A stretch of DNA of 64,000 nt from Pyrodictiaceae archaeon (lineage in GTDB: Archaea; Thermoproteota; Thermoprotei_A; Sulfolobales; Pyrodictiaceae). Made by a program: the position numbers and the translations under genes. The stretch covers positions 836,880 to 900,879 of the forward strand of contig JALVSY010000007.1 of the NCBI GenBank assembly GCA_027036135.1, read 5' to 3'. The notes under the pieces were generated by a model. The model worked only from the letters and a program-made list of their open reading frames with translations, had not been told where the DNA came from and did not search any database. This document shows, piece after piece, positions 11,395 through 20,912 of the stretch (positions within the stretch are counted from its first letter, which is position 1; each line of letters begins with the position of its first letter).

Positions 11395-11835
11395 TGGATA
11401 AAGTATTATAGCGGCCTCAGCAACCGGGCCTATTCTAGTCTCTAAATTAGTAGGATAGACTGCCTCACCAAGCCCCGCTATGTCCTTTCCGGGTGCTGGC
11501 TCACTACCGCCAAACACTAACAAGACCTTCTTCTCGTTGCTGAGTCTTGCTACTATTTCGCTAATGGGCAGCGACTCGCCATAGTCATGGGAGACTATGA
11601 TGACCTTGCTCGGATTGAAGGCTTCAACAGCGTCGCGCACATGGGGTAAGACGTAGAATCCCCTATTCAGGCGAAGAGCAAGCCTCATAACGTCGGGGAC
11701 ACCACTAGAAGCGGCTGCTCCGTAGAGCTTTGTCGCGATAAACTGTTTTAGGCCAAGTCCATAGACCAGCCGGGCCATATCGATTAGTCTTTGTGCGCTC
11801 GAGACATCGTGCATAGCTACCAGTATCTCCGCCAT
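11365..11835 (-). CDS. Conserved crenarchaeal SPOUT-like protein (often labelled RecB-family nuclease-like)
   Basis: HDVSSAQRLIDMARLVYG, YGAAASSGVP, GPVAEAAIILY; start moved to ATG 11835. Confidence 0.65.
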   Translation of the reverse strand: MAEILVAMHDVSSAQRLIDMARLVYGLGLKQFIATKLYGAAASSGVPDVMRLALRLNRGFYVLPHVRDAVEAFNPSKVIIVSHDYGESLPISEIVARLSNEKKVLLVFGGSEPAPGKDIAGLGEAVYPTNLETRIGPVAEAAIILYPLVASLSKSS

Positions 11836-11904
11836 AACCGGTCCCGCTTCGGTAACGGAGGCAAGGAGGCGTTTAAAACCGTTGAGAAGCATGTATGGTG
11901 GAGG

Positions 11905-11966
11905 GCTCAGAACTTAAAGGTGTCAACATCTCTCTGTCCTTCAGCGAGTACAGCCCTCAGCATCTC
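11905..11966 (-). ncRNA. Box C/D 2'-O-methylation guide sRNA (16S rRNA targets)
   Basis: Minus strand ATGCTGA-GGGCTGTACTCG-CTGA...ATGTTGA-CACCTTTAAGTT-CTGA; guides complementary to conserved 16S GAGTACGG and AACTTAAAGG. Confidence 0.85.
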
Positions 11967-12053
11967 CCCGGTGCTAGGAGGGCTAGGCGTCCTAAACCCT
12001 AATTCGGTTTCTCCTCGCCAATTTATTAGCTAGAGGAGTAGGGCGTGGTATGA

Positions 12054-12821
12054 GTGACTGAGAAGGAGAGAATTATTGCAATCAAGCTCCCGGAAGACAT
12101 ATATCGCGAGCTAGAGAGGAGGGCAAAGAGACTCGGTTACGGTCTTGTCAGCGATTATCTAAGGGATCTTATCTATAGAGAGCTTGGCTACAAGGACAGA
12201 GAGGAGCATATTAGAAGACTAGTCGAGGAAATAGTAGCGTCTCGGCTTAGTGAACTCGGGCAAGTCCCTAGTATTGATAAGGGTATTGCTAGGCTTGAGA
12301 AAAAGCTACAAGATCTAATAAATCCATGGACAGCAAAAATAGACCAATTATCGAGCAGGGTTGCGGAACTCTATGAGAAAATCGAGGCGCTTGAGGAGAA
12401 AATAAAGGCTCTAGAAGAAGCTGAGACGACTAGGAAGGAGCAAGTACAGAGATACCGAGCGCCTATTGAGGCTAGGAGGGAAACTAGGAGAAGAACCGCT
12501 ATAGAGAGACTACGAGAACAAAGCGTAGTATTTGAACACGATGTCCAATGGCTAAGGGATCGTGACGCTTTCTTCGAGAGGCTTAGGAGAGAGGGCGCCA
12601 TAGTACTTAACATAGGTGGCGAGAGAGTAGCCCTCGACCCAGCGTTCTGGCGCAATTTCAGAGAGAAAATAGAGCAACTACCGACACCAAACGATGAGGA
12701 GGTACGCGTATTGCTCACCGAGCCCCAGTATCAGCTCTTTAAGAAGCTAAAGGAGAATGGTCTCATATACTTTGATGCCTCGAAGAGAGCGTGGCGGTTC
12801 GTAGAGGAATTCCAAGAATAG
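12054..12821 (+). CDS. CopG/ribbon-helix-helix protein with coiled coil
   Basis: IIAIKLPEDIYRELERRA..VSDYLRDLI RHH N-terminus, long heptad region. Confidence 0.75.
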   Translation: MTEKERIIAIKLPEDIYRELERRAKRLGYGLVSDYLRDLIYRELGYKDREEHIRRLVEEIVASRLSELGQVPSIDKGIARLEKKLQDLINPWTAKIDQLSSRVAELYEKIEALEEKIKALEEAETTRKEQVQRYRAPIEARRETRRRTAIERLREQSVVFEHDVQWLRDRDAFFERLRREGAIVLNIGGERVALDPAFWRNFREKIEQLPTPNDEEVRVLLTEPQYQLFKKLKENGLIYFDASKRAWRFVEEFQE

Positions 12822-12838
12822 AGGCAATGCTCTTCGTG

Positions 12839-12902
12839 CCTCGGAGCCAAGTCACTCATCACTGCCGTAGTATTAGTTCAGGCGCTGGCGTATTCTTCAT
12901 AG
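12839..12902 (-). ncRNA. Box C/D guide sRNA
   Basis: Minus strand ATGAAGA-ATACGCCAGCGC-CTGA...GTGATGA-GTGACTTGGCT-CCGA in an intergenic gap. Confidence 0.7.
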
Positions 12903-12916
12903 GCCTAGATATGGGG

Positions 12917-12978
12917 GCTCGCTTAAGGGGCGAAATTCTTCATCCCCTTGGATCTGCTCGGCTGTAAGACTTCATTGC
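12917..12978 (-). ncRNA. Box C/D guide sRNA (probable 16S rRNA targets)
   Basis: Minus strand ATGAAGT-CTTACAGCCGAG-CAGA...ATGAAGA-ATTTCGCCCCT-(degenerate D); guides match 16S-like CGGCTGTAA and AGGGGCGAAAT. Confidence 0.55.
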
Positions 12979-13051
12979 CCCCTTCTATAGTATTGTCTGT
13001 GTGTGTGTAAAAACGCTACCAAGAGGAGACTAATAGAGTTAAGGATGGGGA

Positions 13052-14302
13052 TTAGAGCTGCCAGCTCTGGAGATACTCTACCTGCTCCGGTATTAGGGAG
13101 TCTATTTCTATGCCCATGGCTTTTAGCTTAAGCCTTGCAACCTCCTTATCTATTTCATCGGGTACATTATACACCTTTTTCTCTAGCTTATCTTTGTTCT
13201 TGACAATATACTCTACGGCCAGTGCCTGGTTAGCAAAGCTCATATCCATGACTTCGCTTGGGTGACCCTCTGCTGCTACAAGGTTTACTAGCCTTCCCTC
13301 TGCCAAGAGGTATATTTTTCGCCCGTCTCGTAGCCTGTACTCGGTTATGTAGTTTCTAATAGTCCTCTTTGATACAGCTAGTTGCTCGAGGTCTGGTATC
13401 CAGATTTCCACATTAAAGTGTCCAGCGTTGGCAAGTATTGCTCCATCCTTCATTACCTCAAAGTGCTCTTTTCGTATGACCTTCTTGTTGCCCGTCGCCG
13501 TAATGAATATGTCGCCTATCTTAGCTGCCTCCCTCATAGACATAACGTCAAAACCATCCATTACAGCCTCAAGGGCTCTTATCGGGTCAACCTCCGTCAC
13601 AATGACACGGGCTCCAAGGCCCCTAGCCCTTATTGCTATTCCTCTACCAACCCATCCGTATCCTGCTACCACTACCTTCTTTCCAGCAAAGAGAATATTA
13701 GTCGCCCTCATTATTCCATCAAGAGCACTCTGCCCTGTACCATACCGGTTATCGAACATCATCTTAGTCCTCGCATCATTAACCGCTATAGCCGGATATT
13801 TGAGCACACCTTGCCTCTCCATAGCGCGGAGCCTAATAACCCCGGTAGTAGTCTCCTCTGTACCACCCCATACCTTCTCGGCTATCTCGGGGAACTCCTT
13901 ATGAAGAGTTGCGTGAAGATCGCCACCATCATCTATTACTACATTAGGCTCCTGCTTAGCAACCCACCTAATACAATCAAAATACTCTTTCTCGTTCATA
14001 CCTCTCCAGGCACATACCTCAATACCCTCCTGTGACGCGAGAGCAGCTGCTACATCATCCTGAGTGCTAAGCGGATTACTAGCCGCAAGAAACACCCTCG
14101 CACCTCCCTGTACCAGCGTGCGTACTAGCGCAGCTGTCTCCTTCGTCACATGCAAGACGGCTCCAACAACAATTCCTCTAAGAGGCTGCTCCTTGCCAAA
14201 ACGCTCCCGGATAAACCTCGACACAACGGGCATATGTTGCTCAGCCCATTCTATCTGAACCATACCCTGCTCAGCGAGACCTAGATCCTTCACCCTTGAC
14301 AT
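13052..14302 (-). CDS. ahcY: Adenosylhomocysteinase
   Basis: [55 protein letters not shown]. Confidence 0.97.
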   Translation of the reverse strand: MSRVKDLGLAEQGMVQIEWAEQHMPVVSRFIRERFGKEQPLRGIVVGAVLHVTKETAALVRTLVQGGARVFLAASNPLSTQDDVAAALASQEGIEVCAWRGMNEKEYFDCIRWVAKQEPNVVIDDGGDLHATLHKEFPEIAEKVWGGTEETTTGVIRLRAMERQGVLKYPAIAVNDARTKMMFDNRYGTGQSALDGIMRATNILFAGKKVVVAGYGWVGRGIAIRARGLGARVIVTEVDPIRALEAVMDGFDVMSMREAAKIGDIFITATGNKKVIRKEHFEVMKDGAILANAGHFNVEIWIPDLEQLAVSKRTIRNYITEYRLRDGRKIYLLAEGRLVNLVAAEGHPSEVMDMSFANQALAVEYIVKNKDKLEKKVYNVPDEIDKEVARLKLKAMGIEIDSLIPEQVEYLQSWQL

Positions 14303-14420
14303 AGCTATACCTCCTCCGAAACCCTATGCTAAGCAGTGAAGAGGGTAGAGAATAAGAATAAAGCGTTCACAACACACCACTAAGCCCCTGACAGAGAAAA
14401 GAACTATTACCACATAGAAT

Positions 14421-14497
14421 TGGTGGGCCCGGGGGGATTCGAACCCCCGACCACCCGGTTATGAGCCGGGCGCTCTACCGGGCTGAGCTACGGGCCC
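14421..14497 (-). tRNA. tRNA with CAT anticodon, probably tRNA-Ile2 (agmatidine-modified); CCA encoded
   Basis: GGGCCCGTAGCTCAGCCCGGTAGAGCGCCCGGCT-CAT-AACCGGGTGGTCGGGGGTTCGAATCCCCCCGGGCCCACCA; GGGCCC acceptor stem is typical of archaeal Ile tRNAs. Confidence 0.93.
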
Positions 14498-14759
14498 AGC
14501 GAATTCCCCAAGTAGCACTAATGCACTATACCTAGGCCTCTTTATCAACTTATCGCCGCCATCAGTATTACAACTTGACAATAACTATGGCAATATAACT
14601 CGGGAATATAATATACTAGGGATAATACATTGTACATGGAAAACGTATACCTTCCTTTAGAAAAGAATGATAATACCAAGCACGATAATCATACTATATG
14701 CTCAACTAATTCTACGCAGCAACTATCCACACGGAAAAAGAGCTAGAGGTGTGTTTGGG

Positions 14760-14948
14760 TTGGCGTGTGAGAAGCCTGTTAAGGTTCGTGACCCTACTAC
14801 TGGTAAGGAGGTTGAGATTGTACCAATAAAGGTGTGGCAGCTAGCACCCAGGGGCAGGAAGGGAGTAAAGATAGGCCTATTCAAGAGCCCAGAGACAGGC
14901 AAGTACTTCAGAGCCAAAGTACCAGACGACTACCCAATATGCAGCTAA
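14760..14948 (+). CDS. creN7: Chromatin protein Cren7
   Basis: [36 protein letters not shown]; TTG start after GAGGTG. Confidence 0.95.
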   Translation: MACEKPVKVRDPTTGKEVEIVPIKVWQLAPRGRKGVKIGLFKSPETGKYFRAKVPDDYPICS

Positions 14949-14979
14949 AGAAACAAAACAACTAATCTGGTTCAAACAA

Positions 14980-15020
14980 CATTCTTTTTATTTATTCCTT
15001 ATTTTATCTCTTATTATCTT
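14980..15020 (+). terminator. T-rich putative archaeal terminator after creN7
   Basis: TTCTTTTTATTTATTCCTTATTTT tract about 35 nt after the stop. Confidence 0.4.
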
Positions 15021-15131
15021 AATACTCCCTAATAGTTATTCTCTAATCTTTACGAGTATAGATATTCGATTACATTGTAGTATTCCATTATTTACCCCGG
15101 ATTCCCCTAGGCTTCCATTGGTGCCTCCTCT

Positions 15132-16079
15132 ATGAGATGTGTTGTGCAAGCGCCTGCTAAGATAATCTTGCTAGGCGAGCACTGGGTAGTACATGGCTCA
15201 AAAGCAGTTGCAGCTGCTGTGGGACTTTATGCACGTGCCTTGGGCCAGAAGGCTGAGCAAGGGATAGTTGTTAGTAGTAAGAATCTCGGAATAGTGGAAG
15301 ACCTTACCTCATGCCATAAGTTTTGTAACCTATGGGAAGCTGCCCAGTATATAGCGGCTAGTGTTTCCCGTAAACCATGGCCCGCTAGGATACACATAGA
15401 GTCCGATATACCGATAGGAGCTGGTATGGGTAGCAGTGCTGCTGTTGCTGTCGCGTTTTCAGCTTGTTACGCTATACTTGGAGGGATTAAGCCCTCGCTT
15501 AACCTTGTTTTACGTGCTGCCTATGAGGCTGAAAAAATTGTTCACGGAAATCCTAGCGGGATAGATAATACGGTCTCAACCATTGGGGGCTTTGTTCTTT
15601 ATCGCAGAGGAGAGAATCCAATAAGGCTTAGCAACGTGGGCCTGAAAGGAACAAAACTGCTTATCATAGACACAGGTATTCCTCGGTCGACTAAGGTTGC
15701 TGTAGATATCTTCTCTACTAGGTTAAGAGCCCTAAATGGTCTCGGTGGGTCATTATTAGAGTTAGTGAATAAGGTTGTAGACGAAGCCATAATGGCTCTC
15801 AAAGAGGACGATGCTGCTAAGCTAGGCTTGTTACTAGATTTATCACACGGCTTACTAAATGCTATGGGTGTTTCTCATGAAGCACTAGAAACAGCTATAC
15901 ATATTGCAAGACGAAGCGGTGCTTATGGCGCAAAGCTTACTGGCGCAGGAATGGGCGGCACAGCGATAGCGCTTGTCCCATCCGAAAAAGCAGGTATTAT
16001 AAGCAGTCTGCTTCAGGAAAGAGGCTTCCGCGTATTCGAAGTAGAGATAGGTGTTAACGGCTTTACGATACAGTCATAA
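15132..16079 (+). CDS. mvk: Mevalonate kinase
   Basis: APAKIILLGEHWVVHG, PIGAGMGSSAA, HGNPSGIDN, KLTGAGMGG. Confidence 0.93.
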   Translation: MRCVVQAPAKIILLGEHWVVHGSKAVAAAVGLYARALGQKAEQGIVVSSKNLGIVEDLTSCHKFCNLWEAAQYIAASVSRKPWPARIHIESDIPIGAGMGSSAAVAVAFSACYAILGGIKPSLNLVLRAAYEAEKIVHGNPSGIDNTVSTIGGFVLYRRGENPIRLSNVGLKGTKLLIIDTGIPRSTKVAVDIFSTRLRALNGLGGSLLELVNKVVDEAIMALKEDDAAKLGLLLDLSHGLLNAMGVSHEALETAIHIARRSGAYGAKLTGAGMGGTAIALVPSEKAGIISSLLQERGFRVFEVEIGVNGFTIQS

Positions 16080-16213
16080 CACGGGGCATTTATAGCCAGC
16101 TAAAGTATGATTTAGCTGAGCTAAGTATGTAGCTTCAAGTATAAAAGCAGGGGTATTAATAAGGTGTTATTGTCTCACTTCTCACCTATCCCTAGCGTGG
16201 TACCTATAATGTT

Positions 16214-17011
16214 ATGATAGGGGGTGCCTTGGTAGCAGCACTAGGATTTAGCCGACAACTCCATACCGGGATAGTGCTTACTGCCACTGGTGTATCAAGG
16301 TGTGTAGAAATTGAGGCTTATACCGTACTTACACCTCTCCCTATGGTTAGCCAAGTTGGTATTGGGGTTGCATTTGACGTACCGGTGGCCGCAGAGGCTT
16401 GTGGTCTAGGTAGCCTAGGCCTTGACGAGGAAATAGAAATACACGTATATGGTAGAGGCCTCGCTTTCTCTACGCCTTCTCTGCAGTATTTATTAGAGGA
16501 TGTTGTTACAAAGGCTTATGTTGATAACGGAGAACTAAGTTTTCCAGAGCTTATCGACTCTGCTAATCCAATAACGGGAATGGAAACTATCATTGCTAGT
16601 CTGGAGGGAAGCACAATAGTTGTAAACAGTATACCCATTCCACTACATGAAGTTGCTGATCTATGGGGAGTTATAGTTAGACTAGATAGGCCGCTTAATA
16701 GAGAGAAAATAGTTGAAGGTATACTGACAAATATAGGAGTGTATGAGGACATAGTACTAAGCAATATTGACAATATGTTAGAGGCTTTATATATTATTAC
16801 CAATAAACTGTACGAGAATACCAACATGAGGTCAATGAGGCAAATTATTCGGAAAGCTGATAGACTAGGTGCTCTAAGCGTCTTTGTAGATGTATCAGGG
16901 CAATACATAGCCTTTCTCTTCGATAACTATGATGATGCGGCTAATGCATCCGCTGTATTGTCGCGCCAGGGAGCTGTACTCGAGGCCCCATTAACCGTCC
17001 TCGGTATATGA
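16214..17011 (+). CDS. Hypothetical protein, possibly degenerate GHMP-kinase fold
   Basis: Long ORF after mvk; no intact GHMP glycine loop. Confidence 0.5.
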   Translation: MIGGALVAALGFSRQLHTGIVLTATGVSRCVEIEAYTVLTPLPMVSQVGIGVAFDVPVAAEACGLGSLGLDEEIEIHVYGRGLAFSTPSLQYLLEDVVTKAYVDNGELSFPELIDSANPITGMETIIASLEGSTIVVNSIPIPLHEVADLWGVIVRLDRPLNREKIVEGILTNIGVYEDIVLSNIDNMLEALYIITNKLYENTNMRSMRQIIRKADRLGALSVFVDVSGQYIAFLFDNYDDAANASAVLSRQGAVLEAPLTVLGI

Positions 17012-17094
17012 CATAGTAATTCATGTGAAGAAGCCCCGGGTTCTAGAAATTTCAAGGACTGTCAAGATATGGTATCTCTACACGGGGTTCTACT

Positions 17095-17541
17095 GTGCTA
17101 TTTCGGGTGAGCGCGAGATGCGTAATAATAAGGGATGGGAAGATATTGTTGCAGCTTAGTAAGAAAGGTGACTTCTATAGATTGCCTGGCGGGAGAGTTA
17201 AGCCAGAGGAGACCATTATACAAGCTCTCGGTAGAGAACTGAGAGAGGAACTAGGAATAGAGAAAATTGAGGACCCTGAACTCATATTCATAGTAGAGTC
17301 GTTCTACCGCAGGCACAGCGGTGTTGTGCACGAACTTGGGTTCTATTTCCTCTGCGACAAAATAGATACAAGTAACATAGTGCCCAAAGAGGATCACTTA
17401 CACATCGAGTGGGTGCCGCTAGAGAAAATAAGTCATGATAATTTGCGCCCAGCGGCGCTAGCGCCTTACATAGCGAAACTGGGGTCGCGGAGACCCGATA
17501 AGCCACTATATATAATAAACATAGATGTTGATAGTATTTAG
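17095..17541 (+). CDS. NUDIX hydrolase
   Basis: Nudix box GGRVKPEETIIQALGRELREELG. Confidence 0.9.
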   Translation: MLFRVSARCVIIRDGKILLQLSKKGDFYRLPGGRVKPEETIIQALGRELREELGIEKIEDPELIFIVESFYRRHSGVVHELGFYFLCDKIDTSNIVPKEDHLHIEWVPLEKISHDNLRPAALAPYIAKLGSRRPDKPLYIINIDVDSI

Positions 17542-17558
17542 TTACGTAAAAGTTTTCG

Positions 17559-17867
17559 CTAAGCAGTAAATACTGGTTCAACGCCCTTAGGATAGATATA
17601 GACATTCCCTCCACGTGCTTGGCCGGGCAGATTGGGCTTAAATACTGCAATTACTACTCCCTTGTCTCCATGAACATGTACTATTTTTCCTCTATACTCA
17701 TTACCCTTATTATCTCTGTATAGGACTCTCCACCCGATGAATCTTGAAGCCTCCTTCCTGGTTGTAACCCCGTCTATTCTTATCAATACCTGGTTCTCGT
17801 ACTGCGTATTAGAGCCAAGCCTGTACCCAACAACTATCCCAGTATACACCTTTGGCTTCTCGCTCAT
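17559..17867 (-). CDS. rpl35ae: 50S ribosomal protein L35Ae
   Basis: GIVVGYRLGSNTQYENQVLIRI, GKIVHVHGDKGVVIAVFKPNLPGQA. Confidence 0.92.
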   Translation of the reverse strand: MSEKPKVYTGIVVGYRLGSNTQYENQVLIRIDGVTTRKEASRFIGWRVLYRDNKGNEYRGKIVHVHGDKGVVIAVFKPNLPGQARGGNVYIYPKGVEPVFTA

Positions 17868-17963
17868 AAGCGCTCCAACCCCCAGCAGCATTAACCGTAA
17901 CTGGGTGTTTAAAAGTAGTGATACCTAGTTTCTAGCTCGGCCAGCTTATAGGAGGCGAGCAGC

Positions 17964-19316
17964 ATGAGCGCAAAAATCACTAAGCCACGAATAATAGTTG
18001 AGCCACCAGGGCCAAAAGCCAAGGAGATTATTGGAAAAGACGAGAAGTACCTAATGCAGAGCTTCGTGCGCTGGTACCCCCTTGTTGTTGAGAGAGCAGA
18101 GGACTACGTAGTTTACGATGTTGATGGAAACGCGTACATAGATCTCAATGCAGGTATTGCGGTCCTAAACGTAGGTTCAACAAATCCAGAGGTAGTAAAA
18201 GCAGCTACTGAGCAACTCAAGAAGTTCACTCATTATAGTCTGACAGACTTCTACTACAAGGTTGCTGTTGACCTAGCGGAGAGACTAGTTAACATCGCGC
18301 CGGTTGAGAAGCCTGCAAAGGTCTTCTTCACGAACAGTGGGGCTGAGAGCGTTGAGGCAGCAATAAAGGCGGCAAGATACTCGACTGGCCGCCAATACCT
18401 CATAGCGTTCCTAGGAGCCTTCCATGGACGAACCATGGGCGCAGTATCGCTTACAGCAAGTAAGCCTGTCCAAAGAAAAGGATTCGCGCCCTTAGTGCCC
18501 AGCGTCATTCATGTGCCCTATCCATACCCCTATAGATGCCCCTTCGGAACAGACGATCCAGAAGAGTGCGGTGAGAGAACGATAGGTTACATAGAGGAAT
18601 GGATCTTTGGCAAACTCGTTGATCCCTCAGAGGTGGCGGCAGTTATAGCAGAGCCTATTCAAGGCGAAGGCGGCTACATAGTTCCGCCGGACAACTTCTT
18701 CCCCAAGCTTGCTAGCCTGCTCCGGAAGCACGGGATACTGCTAATAAGCGACGAGGTACAAGCAGGCTTTTGCAGAACAGGTAAATGGTTCGCAATACAG
18801 CACTGGGGCGTCAATCCAGATATAATAACAACGGCTAAAGCCATAGCTGGTGGACTGCCGCTAGGAGCAGTAATAGGGACTGATAAGGCCATGAGCATCG
18901 GGCCAGGCGGTCATGCATCGACATTTGGTGGTAACCCTGTATCAGCTGCAGCTGCGCTAGCAGTAATAGACTTCATGGAGAGAAATAAGCTCTGTGAACG
19001 TGCAGCAAGGCTAGGAGAAAAGGTCATTAAGAGATTCAAGGAGGCTATGAACGAGCTCGAGATGATAGGTGATGTACGTGGCAAGGGCCTAATGATCGGA
19101 GTAGAACTGGTCAAGAACAAGAAGACAAAAGAGCCTGCAAAGAAAGAATTAGCCGAGATACTGATGAGGCTGTTCAAGAAAGGCTATCTCGTAATAGGCG
19201 CCGGTGTATCAAGCATAAGGATATCGCCTCCACTAACAATAGACGAGGATGCATTAATGAATGCAGTAGAAGCGATAATAGACGAAATAAGGCGTGTCGA
19301 GAAGGAGTCAACATAG
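17964..19316 (+). CDS. Class III PLP aminotransferase (acetylornithine/4-aminobutyrate family)
   Basis: NSGAESVEAAIK, FHGRT, EPIQGEGG, DEVQAG, AKAIAGGLP, STFGGNP. Confidence 0.92.
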   Translation: MSAKITKPRIIVEPPGPKAKEIIGKDEKYLMQSFVRWYPLVVERAEDYVVYDVDGNAYIDLNAGIAVLNVGSTNPEVVKAATEQLKKFTHYSLTDFYYKVAVDLAERLVNIAPVEKPAKVFFTNSGAESVEAAIKAARYSTGRQYLIAFLGAFHGRTMGAVSLTASKPVQRKGFAPLVPSVIHVPYPYPYRCPFGTDDPEECGERTIGYIEEWIFGKLVDPSEVAAVIAEPIQGEGGYIVPPDNFFPKLASLLRKHGILLISDEVQAGFCRTGKWFAIQHWGVNPDIITTAKAIAGGLPLGAVIGTDKAMSIGPGGHASTFGGNPVSAAAALAVIDFMERNKLCERAARLGEKVIKRFKEAMNELEMIGDVRGKGLMIGVELVKNKKTKEPAKKELAEILMRLFKKGYLVIGAGVSSIRISPPLTIDEDALMNAVEAIIDEIRRVEKEST

Positions 19317-19417
19317 GAGAGGAATATACAGCCCACATAATTTATTTAATATTATCCGGATGGCTGCTTTGGAATAGTGATGAGGCTTACAAGGGGCCTA
19401 GCCGTGTGGGCAATGGG

Positions 19418-20179
19418 CTATGAACCCGCGGCTGAGTTTTTATTCTTCTCTTCTTTTGTCCCAAGTATCCGTGATAGCTTCTTCCTTGGAACTTCAAAAA
19501 CATTGGTAGCTATAAACGCTATATATTCATCATCCGGCATTATTCTCGGAAGTCCTATTCTCGCTGCTAGTGCTTGCTTGAAAGCCTCCTTGGCTATACG
19601 GGATCGTATCTCTCTCATAGCTATGGATTGAGCCACTCTTAGTGCGATGTAGAATCGTGCATACTTCTTCACTGTTCGTTCTTGTTCGGGAAAGACCTTT
19701 GGTAAGAGCTGGAGGAGCTTAATTAGCTTGTCCTCGTCCTCAAATCCTGTAACGACCTTAGTGGTTAGTACTCTTAGTAAACGTGCTACAGTGTTATCGT
19801 CTATTTGGCCTCCGAGCAAAAATAGGACAATTTTTCTTGCATCTTTGGGGCTTTTTTCGAGTATAGTGTTCGCTGCTTCCTCGAGAGTTTCTTCATAGTT
19901 AAAGAGTTTGTGAAAGAGTTCTGGGTTTTCCTCGTTAAGCATTAATGCGTATTTCGCTATGACATAGAGGGTTGCCATTTCCTTGTCCCATATATCGTTC
20001 GGCCATGCTTTACCTCGTAGCGGCTGAATTGCACGCTTACGGTAAGTGTCTTCAAGGATGCTTGTTGCTCTTTCCCTATCCGTTATTTTTTCCTGCAATA
20101 TACGTGATAACGCCTCCATCGCGGCATTGATTCTATTTCTCATTGATTCTCTTGCTTTACGAGGATTTAGACTTTCCAA
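19418..20179 (-). CDS. Conserved crenarchaeal hypothetical protein (DUF2192-like)
   Basis: PLRG..DIWDKEMATLYVIAKY, RFYIALRVA, KEAFKQAL. Confidence 0.65.
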   Translation of the reverse strand: MESLNPRKARESMRNRINAAMEALSRILQEKITDRERATSILEDTYRKRAIQPLRGKAWPNDIWDKEMATLYVIAKYALMLNEENPELFHKLFNYEETLEEAANTILEKSPKDARKIVLFLLGGQIDDNTVARLLRVLTTKVVTGFEDEDKLIKLLQLLPKVFPEQERTVKKYARFYIALRVAQSIAMREIRSRIAKEAFKQALAARIGLPRIMPDDEYIAFIATNVFEVPRKKLSRILGTKEEKNKNSAAGS

Positions 20180-20420
20180 CCCCCAGCACCCTTGATACTA
20201 TGTTCTTTATTGCTAAGGCTGTTCCTTTGGGAGAGCCATAGGCTCGTACCCTGCCATCGCGATAAACTATTAGCTTTACATACCCATCTCTTAGCCTTAT
20301 ATAGAGTACTTGTTTAGCTTTATGTTGCTCAATACGAGATATCTCTGCCTCGGGCCAGCGCTCTCTAAGCCTTTTTACAAACTTTATGAGGGACTCCTCA
20401 CTAAACCATCTATACGGCAT
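20157..20420 (-). CDS. Hypothetical basic protein
   Basis: 87-aa ORF overlapping the downstream gene start. Confidence 0.6.
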   Translation of the reverse strand: MPYRWFSEESLIKFVKRLRERWPEAEISRIEQHKAKQVLYIRLRDGYVKLIVYRDGRVRAYGSPKGTALAIKNIVSRVLGVGKSKSS

Positions 20421-20438
20421 AGTGTTATAACCCTCTAC

Positions 20439-20498
20439 GGCCTCGTATTTGCCCGAGCCTCATCATTGACTCAGATCTGCGTGAGCAAGTCATTGGCC
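20439..20498 (-). ncRNA. Candidate box C/D guide sRNA
   Basis: Minus strand GGCC-A-ATGACTT-GCTCACGCAGAT-CTGA-GTCA-ATGATGA-GGCTCGGGCAAAT-ACGA-GGCC with terminal GGCC stem. Confidence 0.6.
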
Positions 20499-20570
20499 TG
20501 CATACTCCCCATAGGTTGTTCTGCCTTGCTTATAGATAATATTTCTAGCCTTTAATAACAAGTCTAAGAG

Positions 20571-20912
20571 GTGACGTACATGAAGCCCGCAACAGTGCTA
20601 AGCTACGAGGAAGAAGATATGCCGAGGCATGTTGCTATCTATCGTGCACGCTGTGGCACGGATGAATGTATACTGCTTTTCTACATGTACAGAGGAGCAC
20701 CGTACGCGGTAGTGGTGCCTGCTAGGCCCTCTCCTCTCTGTGGACTGGTGGACCTGGAAAACGCGAGAATAATCTCAAGGATAATAACGGATCTTGGTAT
20801 AACAAGTGCTTACTTACCAGCTTGCAAGGTCTCTTCGAGACTCTTGCGCGGCTCCATAAGAGAGACGATAAACATGTTGATTAGCCTAGGATTGATCGAC
20901 GAAATAGTTTAG
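20571..20912 (+). CDS. Hypothetical protein
   Basis: ORF only. Confidence 0.5.
   Translation: MTYMKPATVLSYEEEDMPRHVAIYRARCGTDECILLFYMYRGAPYAVVVPARPSPLCGLVDLENARIISRIITDLGITSAYLPACKVSSRLLRGSIRETINMLISLGLIDEIV

Noticed and set aside
10438-11892. Restriction-modification pair (C5 MTase plus convergent gene)
   Set aside because: The convergent gene looks SPOUT-like with no nuclease motif, and the context is housekeeping.
14421-14497. Initiator or elongator tRNA-Met
   Set aside because: It lacks the A1-U72 pair of archaeal initiators, and the GGGCCC acceptor stem is Ile-type, so Ile2 is preferred.
17025-17070. GTGAAGA..CTAGA possible sRNA
   Set aside because: Only one plausible box pair.
19370-19425. 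Possible C/D sRNA (GTGATGA-GGCTTACAAGG, complement resembles a tRNA-Thr anticodon loop)
   Set aside because: No convincing D' or D box at the expected spacing.
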